Assembly (NCBI GenBank): GCA_965204755.1
Contig: OZ242011.1
Span: 1,568,001-1,632,000 of the forward strand
From: Candidatus Marinacidobacterium sp.
GTDB lineage: Bacteria > Acidobacteriota > Vicinamibacteria > Marinacidobacterales > Marinacidobacteraceae
Direction of reading: 5' to 3'
Length of the DNA: 64,000 nucleotides
Below the pieces are notes generated by a model. It saw only the letters and a program-made list of their open reading frames with translations. It was not told the origin of the DNA and ran no database searches. Each line of letters opens with the position of its first letter. The first letter of the stretch is position 1. The position numbers and the translations under genes are program-made. Positions 27,262 through 36,953 of the stretch are shown here, in pieces.

Positions 27262-29853
27262 ATGATGCAGATCACAAGGAAGTCGAGTCCGCTGCGCGGG
27301 CTGACTGTCCTTCTCGCCCTGATGCTGGGCGCCGGCCTCGTGCTGTCCGGGTGCGGTGACGACGACTCGACCACCACGACCCCGGCCCCGGCGCCCGCGC
27401 CGCCGGCCCCGGCCCCGACGCCGACCCTCGACGCCCCGGGCGGGCTGACGGTCGCCTCCAGCGGGACCGACTACATCGAGTTCAGTTGGGAGGCCGTGGA
27501 AGGCGCGAGCGGCTACGAGATCCAACTCAGCACGACCGAGGGGGACTTCAGTTCCGTCTCGACGGCGAGCGTGACGGGCACGATGCACCGGTTCTCGGTT
27601 GAGCCGGGCACGACCGCCTACGCGCGGGTCCGGGCGGTGTCGGACGAGGCGAACAACAGCGACTGGACGGAGGCGGTTACGGGGATGAGCAACGCGGCCC
27701 CGCTGGTGCTGGGCGTGCCGACGGTCCGGGTGAAGGCCACGGGCGTGGACTTCGTCGAGTGGGAGTGGGACGCGGTGGAGAACGCGCAGGGCTACCAGTT
27801 GCAGGTCGCGGACTCGGAGGATGGCTTCGAGATGGCGGAATTGGAGACGGTTACCGCGACTTCGCACCGGGTGACGGTGGAGCCGGAGACGACGATGTAC
27901 ATCCGGGTTCGGGCGGGCGTCCTCCTTCCGACGCCGACGGCCGGCGACTGGAGCGAAGCGGTGATGGCGACGAGCGACATGGCGCCGAGCCCGCTGACGG
28001 TGAGCATGAGCACTCCGGATGCGGACGACGACAAGTCGTGCATGGGTCAGGCGTTCTGCCCGGACGACGGCAAGGACGCGGAGACGGCGATGGCTTCGGT
28101 GAACGCCAAGTTGATGGTGAGTTCCTCGCACGCCGCCCGGATCACGCCGATGTTCATGGAGGGCGCCCGGCCGGTGGTGGTGTCCGCCGGCTCCGGGGCG
28201 ACCCCGTTCACATTCGTGGACTGGTCGGCGACGCAGGTGGCGGTGGCGCGTGACGGCGCGGTGTTCATGTTCGAGAAGGTGACGGTGGGCGCCGGTCAGG
28301 AAGCGATGCCGACGGGCGATGTGGCCTACATCACCTGCGGCCCGTTCCGCTGCTCCGACGCCGCCACGGATGCCCCGCCGCGGCCGGCGATCACTCTGGA
28401 GGACTCCGCCGTCTGCCAGGAGTTCGAAGCCAGTCTGGACTTGGTGAAGGGGATCGCGAGTAACGGCGCCGCTCGAGACACCGGCGGCGAACGCATTGCG
28501 ACCACGAACATCGGCCTGGACTTCGGTTTCACCTACACCGCGACGCACGCCGCGACCGTGACCCACGAATTCACCGGTCTGGCTTCCGACGGCGGCGGCG
28601 CCTACCGGGTGAATGGCGGTTCCGTCGCCCCGGCTTCCACCCCGACCGGGCTGCCCCTGGCGCCCCGAGGCGCGGGGAGGACCGCCGTCAACCACTTCGG
28701 CGGCGCCCTGAACCGGGACGACATGCGGGGGACGCAGGACCAGCCGGGCCCGATCCGGAACGGCTACGACAACGGCGACCCGGTGGACTGCTACGACGAA
28801 GAGAACCTCGCTTTGCCGGAGAGCGCCGATCGCGGCTATGAGATCGCCAACAGCAGTCTGGGCCGGGTGATCGGCCGGCTGAAGCGGCCGGAGCACTGCG
28901 CCCGGCTCATCACCGACGGCATCTACGAGGTGGCGCCCGCGGGCAAGGCGAGTCCGAACTGGCGGAACTACCTGGCCGGGTACCGGATCCGCTTCACCCC
29001 GACGGCGGCCGTCGCCTGGGGCGGCAGCGCCGTTGCCTGGAGCAGCCTCGAAGACGACCCCTTCGACGGCCTGGCCTGCCCCGACCGGGCCTTCGAAGTC
29101 ACCGACCTGGTGGATGTCTGCCGGGACTTCGAGGACGAAGTGGACGCCTATTGGGGCGAGGGCATCGGCGCCGGCGGCCCGTTCCAGGTCGAATACGCCG
29201 CCTCGGCCGCCGGCGTCACCGTGGCGACCCACGAACTCACCCACATCGTCATCCGGAACAAGGCGAATTCCGACAACACGCAGATCGGGACCGAATTCGC
29301 TTATCGCCCGCGCGGTTCCCGGCACGCCCATATGTGGCTCGTGGATTCCCGCACGACCGGGATTGCCGCCGGAATCGACGGCACCCGGGAGGACCCCGAT
29401 CTCTACTTCGCGGACGAGAACACGGACGCCCGCCTCGGTACGGGGGGCGGGGATCTCGAGGGCTCCGGCGGCGATGGGGATTGGCGCCCGCTCATGGTCC
29501 TCGACCTGAGGGACCAGGACGGGGATCCGAAGTACGGCGACTTCGGCAAGGTGGACTTCGACGGCAACGGGAAAGCGGACAACATCACCGCCATCGATGA
29601 CGACGCTTCGCGCGCCTGCACTGCGAACGACGGCGGCGCCGGCTGCGACGCCGAGATGACCTTCGACCTGAGCGCCACTTTCACCCGCATTCGCGACACC
29701 GACGCCTGCACCCGCACCATCGAACAGAGCATCACCTGCACCTGGGACGCCGACGGCGACAAGCAGCGCGGCGGCACGAACCGGTTCGATGTCCGGACCG
29801 GCGCGAACGAGTCCCCGGACCGGAACTTCTTCATCCGCTGCGAGCCGTCCTGA
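27262..29853 (+). CDS. Large surface lipoprotein with two fibronectin type III domains
   Basis: SD aggaggt; lipobox LSGC; Pro linker; FSWEAVEGASGYEIQ...YARVRA and WEWDAVENAQGYQLQ...YIRVRA; Cys/Asp-rich C-terminal region. Confidence 0.88.
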   Translation: MMQITRKSSPLRGLTVLLALMLGAGLVLSGCGDDDSTTTTPAPAPAPPAPAPTPTLDAPGGLTVASSGTDYIEFSWEAVEGASGYEIQLSTTEGDFSSVSTASVTGTMHRFSVEPGTTAYARVRAVSDEANNSDWTEAVTGMSNAAPLVLGVPTVRVKATGVDFVEWEWDAVENAQGYQLQVADSEDGFEMAELETVTATSHRVTVEPETTMYIRVRAGVLLPTPTAGDWSEAVMATSDMAPSPLTVSMSTPDADDDKSCMGQAFCPDDGKDAETAMASVNAKLMVSSSHAARITPMFMEGARPVVVSAGSGATPFTFVDWSATQVAVARDGAVFMFEKVTVGAGQEAMPTGDVAYITCGPFRCSDAATDAPPRPAITLEDSAVCQEFEASLDLVKGIASNGAARDTGGERIATTNIGLDFGFTYTATHAATVTHEFTGLASDGGGAYRVNGGSVAPASTPTGLPLAPRGAGRTAVNHFGGALNRDDMRGTQDQPGPIRNGYDNGDPVDCYDEENLALPESADRGYEIANSSLGRVIGRLKRPEHCARLITDGIYEVAPAGKASPNWRNYLAGYRIRFTPTAAVAWGGSAVAWSSLEDDPFDGLACPDRAFEVTDLVDVCRDFEDEVDAYWGEGIGAGGPFQVEYAASAAGVTVATHELTHIVIRNKANSDNTQIGTEFAYRPRGSRHAHMWLVDSRTTGIAAGIDGTREDPDLYFADENTDARLGTGGGDLEGSGGDGDWRPLMVLDLRDQDGDPKYGDFGKVDFDGNGKADNITAIDDDASRACTANDGGAGCDAEMTFDLSATFTRIRDTDACTRTIEQSITCTWDADGDKQRGGTNRFDVRTGANESPDRNFFIRCEPS

Positions 29854-29864
29854 CGGCCTCCTGA

Positions 29865-29897
29865 CCCGGGGAGCGGCGGCGCGCGCCGCCCCCGGGC
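29865..29897. terminator. Hairpin between convergent genes
   Basis: cccgggg-agcggcggcgcgcgccgc-ccccggg imperfect inverted repeat. Confidence 0.35.
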
Positions 29898-29947
29898 GCC
29901 CGGCGAAGCGCCCGCGCCGCGCCCGCCCGCCGCGCGGCGCCCCTGTT

Positions 29948-31411
29948 TCAGTCCGGGAAGGCGGCCAGGATCGCGCCGACGGTCTCGTTCAGGTACTCGT
30001 CGAAACCCCCGGGGCTCGGCCCCAGCCGGACGACCACCGCGTCCTCGGACGGGATCACCATGGTGACCTGTCCCATGAACCCGGCCGCCCAGTACGCGTC
30101 GCGGGGAATGTCCGGGTGCCGCCCGCCGGCGTTCAGCCACCACAGGCCGCCGTACTCGTCGTCCGCCGCTCCCGGCGACGGGGAACTCACGAACTCCGAC
30201 CACCCCTCCGGGAGGATCCGCTCCCCGGCGAAGACGCCGTCCCACAGGTGGAGCAGGCCGAACCGCAACCAGTCGGCGGCGCTCCCGTATTCGTAGCCGC
30301 TCAGGATGAAGTTGCCCCAGGGGTCGGGCTCCAGCACGAAGTCGCGGGAACCGATCTTGTCGAAGAGTTGGCGCTGCGGGTGGGTCAGGTATTCCATGCC
30401 GGCGTTCTCCACGGTTTCGCGGACGATCCGGCCGAGCGAGAGCGGGTCCGAGTTGCGGTAGCGGAACTCGGTTCCCGGGGGAATGCCGTAGGGCTGCCCG
30501 GAGGCGTGCGCGAACACATCCAGCGCGTCGAAATAGACCCGCATGTGCTCGTTGTCGGGCAGCAGCGAACCCGGGCCGGCGAGGCCGTTGTTCGTCATGT
30601 CGAGCCCGCCGGTCATGGTGAGCAGGTGCCGCAACAGGATCGCCCCGCGCGGGTCGCCCTCTGCCCGCCATTCCGCGATCGGCGCCGGGTCGTCGAGCCC
30701 GAAGTGGCCCTTCTCCATCAGCCGCCCGATGAGCGCCGCGGTGAGGCTCTTCCCCTCGGACCAACTGATCTGCGGCGTGTTCCGGGTGAACCCGGGGGCG
30801 TACCGCTCACCGACGATCCGTCCGCCCCGCGCGACGGCGAGCGCGCGGGTGTTCTGCGGGGCCGCCATGGCGGCGCCCAGCGCGGCGTCGAGCATCGCCC
30901 GATCCACGCCGGCCTGGTCGAACTCCTCCGCGCCCCGGTCGCCGAGCGGCCAGTCCTGCTCCGAGGCGTCCGGCAGGTTCCGCGGCACGGTTACCGGGGT
31001 GAACCGCACGGAGTCGGCGCCGTCCTCGAGCAGGGTGCAGCCCTGGTCGCCGTGGTAGCGCGCCTTGCGGGGGTTCACATCGGCGGCCCACACGGTGGCC
31101 GACCGCTCCTCCGGGTCCACCTCCCACTCGAAGTCGTCCTGCCAGGCGAAGGCGGGGAACGGGGCGATGTCCTCGGCGAGCACCGTTTCCGGCGAACGCT
31201 CCGTCACCCGCCCGACGACGAACACGCCGGAGCAGAGGTGGTGCGCGGCGATCCCCGCCGCGTACTTCCGAAACCGGTCGTCGGGCGCGGCCTCGCCGGC
31301 GCCGCCGCCGCTGTCAGGGGCGGCGCCGCCACAGGCAACCACGGCGAGCGCGAGCAGGCCCGCCAACGCGGGCGCTGCGCGGCCCCGGTCGAATTCCGCG
31401 ATCCGGAACAT
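29948..31411 (-). CDS. Serine hydrolase, beta-lactamase class C-like lipoprotein
   Basis: LAVVAC lipobox; SxxK (WSEGKS), FRYRNS, YWAAGFMGQ. Confidence 0.88.
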   Translation of the reverse strand: MFRIAEFDRGRAAPALAGLLALAVVACGGAAPDSGGGAGEAAPDDRFRKYAAGIAAHHLCSGVFVVGRVTERSPETVLAEDIAPFPAFAWQDDFEWEVDPEERSATVWAADVNPRKARYHGDQGCTLLEDGADSVRFTPVTVPRNLPDASEQDWPLGDRGAEEFDQAGVDRAMLDAALGAAMAAPQNTRALAVARGGRIVGERYAPGFTRNTPQISWSEGKSLTAALIGRLMEKGHFGLDDPAPIAEWRAEGDPRGAILLRHLLTMTGGLDMTNNGLAGPGSLLPDNEHMRVYFDALDVFAHASGQPYGIPPGTEFRYRNSDPLSLGRIVRETVENAGMEYLTHPQRQLFDKIGSRDFVLEPDPWGNFILSGYEYGSAADWLRFGLLHLWDGVFAGERILPEGWSEFVSSPSPGAADDEYGGLWWLNAGGRHPDIPRDAYWAAGFMGQVTMVIPSEDAVVVRLGPSPGGFDEYLNETVGAILAAFPD

Positions 31412-31530
31412 GGTGAACTCTCCCTCTCCCAGCCCCTGCCCCGATTCTACGGGCGCCCCGCCGAGGCGGCCGCCGTTCGGGCCCGGGGCGTTCTCCCGCG
31501 CCCGACGAACGCCGCTACCCTGCCGGGGCG

Positions 31531-31842
31531 ATGCCGAAACGACGCCTGTACGTCCGACTCGACGAATCGACCTACGACGCGCTCCGCCGAAGGGCGCGCG
31601 AGCGTCGGACTTCGATGGCCTCGCTGGTCCGCGAAGCCATCGCCGACTCGCTGGAGCCGCCGTCCCGCGACGACCGGCAGCCGGACTACCCGCTCGCGGG
31701 CCTCGTAGGGATCGCTACGGGAGAACCGCTGCCCGACGGGAGGGCCGTGTCGGAGCACCACGACGAGGTGCTCGAGGAGGCGTATTCGGAGGGATGGTTC
31801 CGGAGCGCCGACTCCTCCCTGCCGGCGGACATCGAGCGATAA
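31531..31842 (+). CDS. Ribbon-helix-helix (CopG-like) protein / putative antitoxin
   Basis: KRRLYVRLDESTYDALRRRARERRTSMASLVREAI; C-terminal SEHHDEVL. Confidence 0.75.
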   Translation: MPKRRLYVRLDESTYDALRRRARERRTSMASLVREAIADSLEPPSRDDRQPDYPLAGLVGIATGEPLPDGRAVSEHHDEVLEEAYSEGWFRSADSSLPADIER

Positions 31843-31875
31843 GAAGGCCGGGCCGCCGGGAGACCCCCGCCCCGC

Positions 31876-34653
31876 CTACGCCGCGCTCCCGGCGAAGCGC
31901 GCCATGCGCTCGAGCGCTTCCTCGATGCGCTCCTCGCTCTGGAGCATCGAGATCCGGGCCCACTTCTCCCAACTCGCGCCGAACGCGGTCCCCGGGAAGA
32001 CGAGCACCCGGGCCTCGGTCAGCAACCGGCGGCAGAACCGCTCCGCGGGAAGGCCGAACCGGGAGATGTCCGCCCAGACGAAGAACCCTCCGCCGTGCGC
32101 CGCGGTGGGGATGCCCATCCGTTCCAGCCCGTCCACCAGCATCCGCCGCCTCGGTGCGTAGAGGCGGCGGAGATGCGCCGGGAACTCGCCGGCGCGGTCG
32201 AACGCCGCCGCCGCCGCGCGCTGGGAGAAGAGCGGCGCAGGGCCGGAGAGGGCGGCGCCGATCCGGGCGCAGGCCTCGATGGCGTCCGGCGGGCCGGTGA
32301 GGTAGCCGATCCGGAACCCGGTCATCGCCCAGGTCTTGGACACGCTGCCGAGCGTCAGCGTCCGGGGGCGCATTCCCTCCACCGCCGCGGGCGAACGGAC
32401 GGGGCCCTTGCCGTCGAGGGCCATCTCCGCGTACACCTCGTCGGAGAGCACCCAGAGGTGGCGGCGGTCGGCCAGCCGGCAGAGCGCCTCCACTTCGTCC
32501 GCGCCGGTGCGCGCCCCGGTGGGGTTTTGGAAGTTCACCAGGACGAGGAGCCGCGGCCGGCTGGTGTGTGTGAGCGCCTCCTCGGCGCGGTCGGCGCGCA
32601 TCCCGAAGTCCTCCCTGCCGCCGGCTTCCTCGGCACCGCAGGGCACCGGAACCATCCGGCCCCGCGCCAGGCGGATCGCCGTCTCGTAGGAGGTGTAGCG
32701 GGGATCGCCGAGCAGCACTTCCTCCCCGGGGCCGACCAGCGCCAGCATCGCGACGGCGATGCCTTCCTGGGCGCCGCCGGTAACCAGCACTTCGCGTTCA
32801 GGGTCCCACTCCACCCCGGTGCGTTCCGCTTCGCGGCGGGCGATGGCCTCCCGAAGCCACCGCTGCCCGCGGGGATGGAGGGGCTCGCCGGCGGCCGCCG
32901 TCCGGCAGGCTTCCTCGATGACCTCCGCGGGAGCGTCGGCGTCCGGATCGCCCCGGCCCAGACTCACCACCCCGGGAAGCCGCGCCGCGAGTTCCATCAG
33001 CGAGTAGCGCGAGTCGTCCCCGTCGTCTTCCGGCTTCCGGGCCGCCGGGGCGGCCGTCGGACGGGCCGGGGCCGGCAGCGGCTCGACCCCCAGGACGAGG
33101 GCCGCCGCCCGCTGCGACGGGGCGGCGGTGCAGATCGAGACCGCCTGCTTCAGCCCGCGCAGCCGGTCGAACGCGGCGGGGGGCGCGAAGAAGAAGCCCA
33201 CCCGGAACCCGGCGAGTTCCGGCCACCCGTCCAGCGAGCCGACGAGCACCGCCCCGGGCGGAACCCGGCGCAGCGCGTCCGCGGGAAGCGACGCCAACGA
33301 GTCGCCGAGGTCCACGATCCGGAGCGCGCCCGCCGTTCGTTCGCTCCCGTCGTCGCCCGCTTCCGGCTCGCCGCAGCGCCGCAGATCGGCGACGGCCTCG
33401 CCGCCGGAGGCCGGAAGGAGGTCCAGCGCGCCGCAGGCGTTCGCGACCGCCGGATCGTCCGCCGCCGCCGAGACCACCACCGGCCAACTCGGCGGCTCGC
33501 CCTCGTCCGACCGCTCCCGCGCCGCCTCCCGCGCCCCGGCGAGCGCCACGAACAGCGCCTCCCGCCGCCCGGCGGTAACGACGACTTCCCCGGCGCCGGA
33601 GAGTCCCGCCGCCCGAAGCCGCTCCCCGATCGCCGCCCGCAACTCGGGAAGCCCGGGCCGCGCCGTGTAATGGGTCTCCCCGCCGAGCAGCGCCCGCCGC
33701 AGCCGCTCCACGAGTCCCGGCGCCAGCGCGCGATCCGGCAACGCGGCCGCCGACCCTTCCGTCGCGACCCACGCCCGATCCGCCACCGGGATCGGACAGG
33801 AATGCGTCACTTCGCGGGCTCGTCGCGGCGCTCTGGCGTCGTCGCCGTCCGTTTCACTCAGCCAACTACCTTCCCAAGCCGTTTCCGGGAGCGGGAGGCC
33901 GTGGCGGCGGACGGCGGCGGCCAGTCGGTCGGCGCGGAAGCGGCGGCCGGTGGGGGCGCCCCGGAGCAGGGCCAGCGCGGCGAAGGCCGGGCCGAGGCGG
34001 TCGGCGGAACCCCAGGCCCGTTCCTCCGGGGGGAGCCGTTCCTCTTCCTCGACGGTCATTCCGGTGGGCTTGATCCGGGCGCCGGGGGTGATCGTGTTCA
34101 CGCTCACGCGGCGTGCCTTCAACTCGGCGGCGAACGACTGCGAGAGGCCCTCGATCCCGAACTTGCTGGCGCAGTAGGCGGCCTCGCGCGGGAAGCCCTG
34201 CGTTCCGGCGCGCGAACTGGTGAGGACTGCGGAGCCGCCGTCCCCGGTCTCGAGGGCCTCGGCGAATCCCCGGAGGAGGAAGAAGGCGGCGGTCAGGTTC
34301 ACCGCGAGCGTTCGATCCCACTCCTCGTCGGTGGTCTCGGGGACCGGGTTCGGGTGGAGGACGCCGGCGCAGTGGACGAACGCGGTCAGGTCGCCGCCGA
34401 AGACTTCGCCGGTCGTCTCGACCACCCGCCGGAGGCAGTCCCGGTCGGCGAGGTCCCCGGGGATCGGGTGCGCGGCGTCCGGCCTCCCGTCGGCGATTTC
34501 GCGGGCCAGGCGCTGCAGGTCGTCTTCGAGGACATCCACGAGCACGCACCGGGCGCCGGCGGCGGCCAGCGCCCGCGCGGCCGCCGCGCCGAGCCCCCGG
34601 GCGGCGCCGGTAACGACGATGCGGGCGCCGGCGAGCGGTTCCCCCGGCGTCAT
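31876..34653 (-). CDS. Fusion: SDR oxidoreductase + degenerate class I/II aminotransferase + intact class I/II aminotransferase
   Basis: One frame: TGAARGLG and YCASK (SDR); THYTARPGLPELR...GSLDGWPELAGFRVG (no PLP Lys); LSDEVY...GSVSKTWAMTGFRIG. Confidence 0.75.
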   Translation of the reverse strand: MTPGEPLAGARIVVTGAARGLGAAAARALAAAGARCVLVDVLEDDLQRLAREIADGRPDAAHPIPGDLADRDCLRRVVETTGEVFGGDLTAFVHCAGVLHPNPVPETTDEEWDRTLAVNLTAAFFLLRGFAEALETGDGGSAVLTSSRAGTQGFPREAAYCASKFGIEGLSQSFAAELKARRVSVNTITPGARIKPTGMTVEEEERLPPEERAWGSADRLGPAFAALALLRGAPTGRRFRADRLAAAVRRHGLPLPETAWEGSWLSETDGDDARAPRRAREVTHSCPIPVADRAWVATEGSAAALPDRALAPGLVERLRRALLGGETHYTARPGLPELRAAIGERLRAAGLSGAGEVVVTAGRREALFVALAGAREAARERSDEGEPPSWPVVVSAAADDPAVANACGALDLLPASGGEAVADLRRCGEPEAGDDGSERTAGALRIVDLGDSLASLPADALRRVPPGAVLVGSLDGWPELAGFRVGFFFAPPAAFDRLRGLKQAVSICTAAPSQRAAALVLGVEPLPAPARPTAAPAARKPEDDGDDSRYSLMELAARLPGVVSLGRGDPDADAPAEVIEEACRTAAAGEPLHPRGQRWLREAIARREAERTGVEWDPEREVLVTGGAQEGIAVAMLALVGPGEEVLLGDPRYTSYETAIRLARGRMVPVPCGAEEAGGREDFGMRADRAEEALTHTSRPRLLVLVNFQNPTGARTGADEVEALCRLADRRHLWVLSDEVYAEMALDGKGPVRSPAAVEGMRPRTLTLGSVSKTWAMTGFRIGYLTGPPDAIEACARIGAALSGPAPLFSQRAAAAAFDRAGEFPAHLRRLYAPRRRMLVDGLERMGIPTAAHGGGFFVWADISRFGLPAERFCRRLLTEARVLVFPGTAFGASWEKWARISMLQSEERIEEALERMARFAGSAA

Positions 34654-35819
34654 CCGGCGAGCATTCCGCGCAGGAGCCAGGCGGTGGCGAAGCCCAGGTA
34701 GTTCCCGAATCCGTAGCCGAAGATGCCGACGATCACCGCCGGCGCGATCCGCTCGCGCCAGCGGAGCGCCATGCCCAGCGCCAGCGCCGAACCGGGGCCG
34801 CCGACCGCCGCCTGGCTGGACAGGGTGATCGTGGCCAGGTCGAACCGCGCCAGCCAGCCGACCCCGTAGATCACCGCCGCGTGGACGGCGATGATGGAGA
34901 TCATGTAGAGGAACAGCCACGGGCCGGCCGCCACCACTTCGCGCACATCGGACGCCGAGCCGATCACCAGGAAGAACAGGTGCAGCGCGAAGTAGGAGAG
35001 CATCGCCGAGCCGCGCAGCCGCTGGATCGCCGGGACCTGGCCGAGCGCGAGGGCGATCGTCGTCAGCCACAGCACCTCCGGGACGCCGGGGAGCGCCCGG
35101 GACAGCACGCCGGCGGCGGCGAGGGCGAGCAGCGGCAACGCGGCGAGCACGGCGAGGTGGGTGATGCCGAGTTCCCCTTCGGTCCAGGTTCGCCGGAGCG
35201 CGTCGGCTTCGGCGTCGCCCCCGTCGTCGTTTCCCGCCTCCGACGCCGGCGCCGGGGCCGCCGCGCCGCTCCGGCGGCGGAACACCGTGGCGAGCGCGGA
35301 GGCGAGCGCCACCTGCGCCAGCATCCAGGGCACGGTGGAGAGGTTGTCCACCACGAACGCGCCGGCGAACAGGCTTTCCGTCATCTCCAGCCCCTGGCCG
35401 ACGGCGGCGAAGTTCAGCCCGCCGCCCCAGAACGCGCCGGCGAAGGTGCCGCCCAGTTTCCAGGTCTCCGGCCCCAGGACGCCGGCGAACAGCAGGCTCG
35501 CCCCCAGCGCGCCGCAGAAGGTGGCGAACCCGGCGAGGCCGAAGCCGATGACCATGCGCGGCCCGGCGCGGCGCAGGTCGGCGAGCCGGGTGGAGAGGAC
35601 GAACAGGACGATGGCGTAGGGAATGGCGTATCGCGAGACCGACCCCAGGAACTCGCCGCCCCGGGGAATGACGCCGAGGTTCGCCAGCAGGATCCCGAGG
35701 AGGGTGCAGACGACCGCCGAACTGATCTTGCGGATGGGGGCGTACCGCTCTTCCGCCTCGCGCGCCGCGGCGACGAGCAGGAGGAGGAACGCGAGCAGCA
35801 GCAGCGGTTGGGAGATCAC
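34650..35819 (-). CDS. DUF819-family membrane protein
   Basis: Multiple TM helices; GGGLNFAAV, SQAAVGGPGSA, GYGFGNYLG. Confidence 0.85.
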   Translation of the reverse strand: MISQPLLLLAFLLLLVAAAREAEERYAPIRKISSAVVCTLLGILLANLGVIPRGGEFLGSVSRYAIPYAIVLFVLSTRLADLRRAGPRMVIGFGLAGFATFCGALGASLLFAGVLGPETWKLGGTFAGAFWGGGLNFAAVGQGLEMTESLFAGAFVVDNLSTVPWMLAQVALASALATVFRRRSGAAAPAPASEAGNDDGGDAEADALRRTWTEGELGITHLAVLAALPLLALAAAGVLSRALPGVPEVLWLTTIALALGQVPAIQRLRGSAMLSYFALHLFFLVIGSASDVREVVAAGPWLFLYMISIIAVHAAVIYGVGWLARFDLATITLSSQAAVGGPGSALALGMALRWRERIAPAVIVGIFGYGFGNYLGFATAWLLRGMLAG

Positions 35820-35877
35820 TTCCGGGTTCCCTTCGCGGGGTCGGGGCGCCGGGCGGGGGCGGCGCCGGGCCTCCGGG

Positions 35878-36906
35878 TCACGGGCGGGGCGGCGCGGGGA
35901 CGCCGACGAACTCCGCGTCGCCGCAGAAGAGCGTCCAGTCGCCGGCGGTGGTGCTGGGGTAGGTGCGGAAGCCGAACAGCACGCCGTCGCAGGGAGCGGT
36001 CAGGTCCTCGACCGTCTCGCCGAAGAGGTCGCGGATCTCGAGGAGCGGCTGCCCCTTTCGGATCGGTCGGCGAAGGTGCGCTTCCGCTCCGCCCCCGTCC
36101 GCCGGGGAGAGGATGCCGCTTCGACTCGCCATGACGACTTGCTGGCGCCCTCGCCAGAGTTCGGGGGCGTATTCCGGCCGGCCGCGGAGGATTCCGTAGT
36201 GGAAGCAGACATTCCGCATCGCCCGCTTCAGGGTCTCGACATTCGCGCGGAGCGCCGACGGCATGGTCTCCGCGCTGCCGCCGAGTTCTATCGTGATGGC
36301 GGCCTTGCCGCGGGCGTTCATGTCCGCCATCGGCGAGCCGGCCGGGTGCGGCGTGTCCAGGACGATCGTCCAGTCCGGGCCCATCGCCCGGGCGAGGGCG
36401 AAACCGGCTTCGTCGCCGGAGGCGGTGAAGATGGTCTCCGCGAGGTAGCAGATGTTGCCGCCGGAGTGGATGGTGATCTCCAGGTCCGCCGCCGCGGCGA
36501 CCGTTTCCGCGTGTTTCGCCGCCACGCGGTCGGTGAGGTAACCCCCGGGGCGGCCCGGGTAGATGCGGTTCATGTCGAAGGTGTGCTGGTCGCGGGGGTT
36601 TCCGCGTGACATCGCCTCGAACGCGGCCACATTCATCGCCGGGACGCCGACGACCGCGCCGCGGACCGCCGCCGGATCGAGTTCCCGGAGGAATTCCGCG
36701 ACGGCGAGGATGCCTTCCTGTTCGTCCCCGTGGATGCCGCCGTCGAGGAGCAGCACCGGGCCGGGCTCGGCGCCGTTGACGACCAGCGTCGGGAAACCGA
36801 GCGGGGCGCCGTCCACCCGGGGGAAGACGGGGATGGAACCGCTTGCGCGTTCGCCGGGCGGGCAGGTGAGCGGCCCCAGGGTCAGGGGTTCGTCGGTTCG
36901 GGTCAT
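35878..36906 (-). CDS. Succinylglutamate desuccinylase/aspartoacylase (M14) family
   Basis: GGIHGDEQEG, DMNRIYPG, TIHSGG, TIELGG. Confidence 0.88.
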   Translation of the reverse strand: MTRTDEPLTLGPLTCPPGERASGSIPVFPRVDGAPLGFPTLVVNGAEPGPVLLLDGGIHGDEQEGILAVAEFLRELDPAAVRGAVVGVPAMNVAAFEAMSRGNPRDQHTFDMNRIYPGRPGGYLTDRVAAKHAETVAAAADLEITIHSGGNICYLAETIFTASGDEAGFALARAMGPDWTIVLDTPHPAGSPMADMNARGKAAITIELGGSAETMPSALRANVETLKRAMRNVCFHYGILRGRPEYAPELWRGRQQVVMASRSGILSPADGGGAEAHLRRPIRKGQPLLEIRDLFGETVEDLTAPCDGVLFGFRTYPSTTAGDWTLFCGDAEFVGVPAPPRP

Positions 36907-36953
36907 GGGCGGCAGGTCACTTTCTTCGGCCCGGTCGATCGGGGTCGGCGGGT

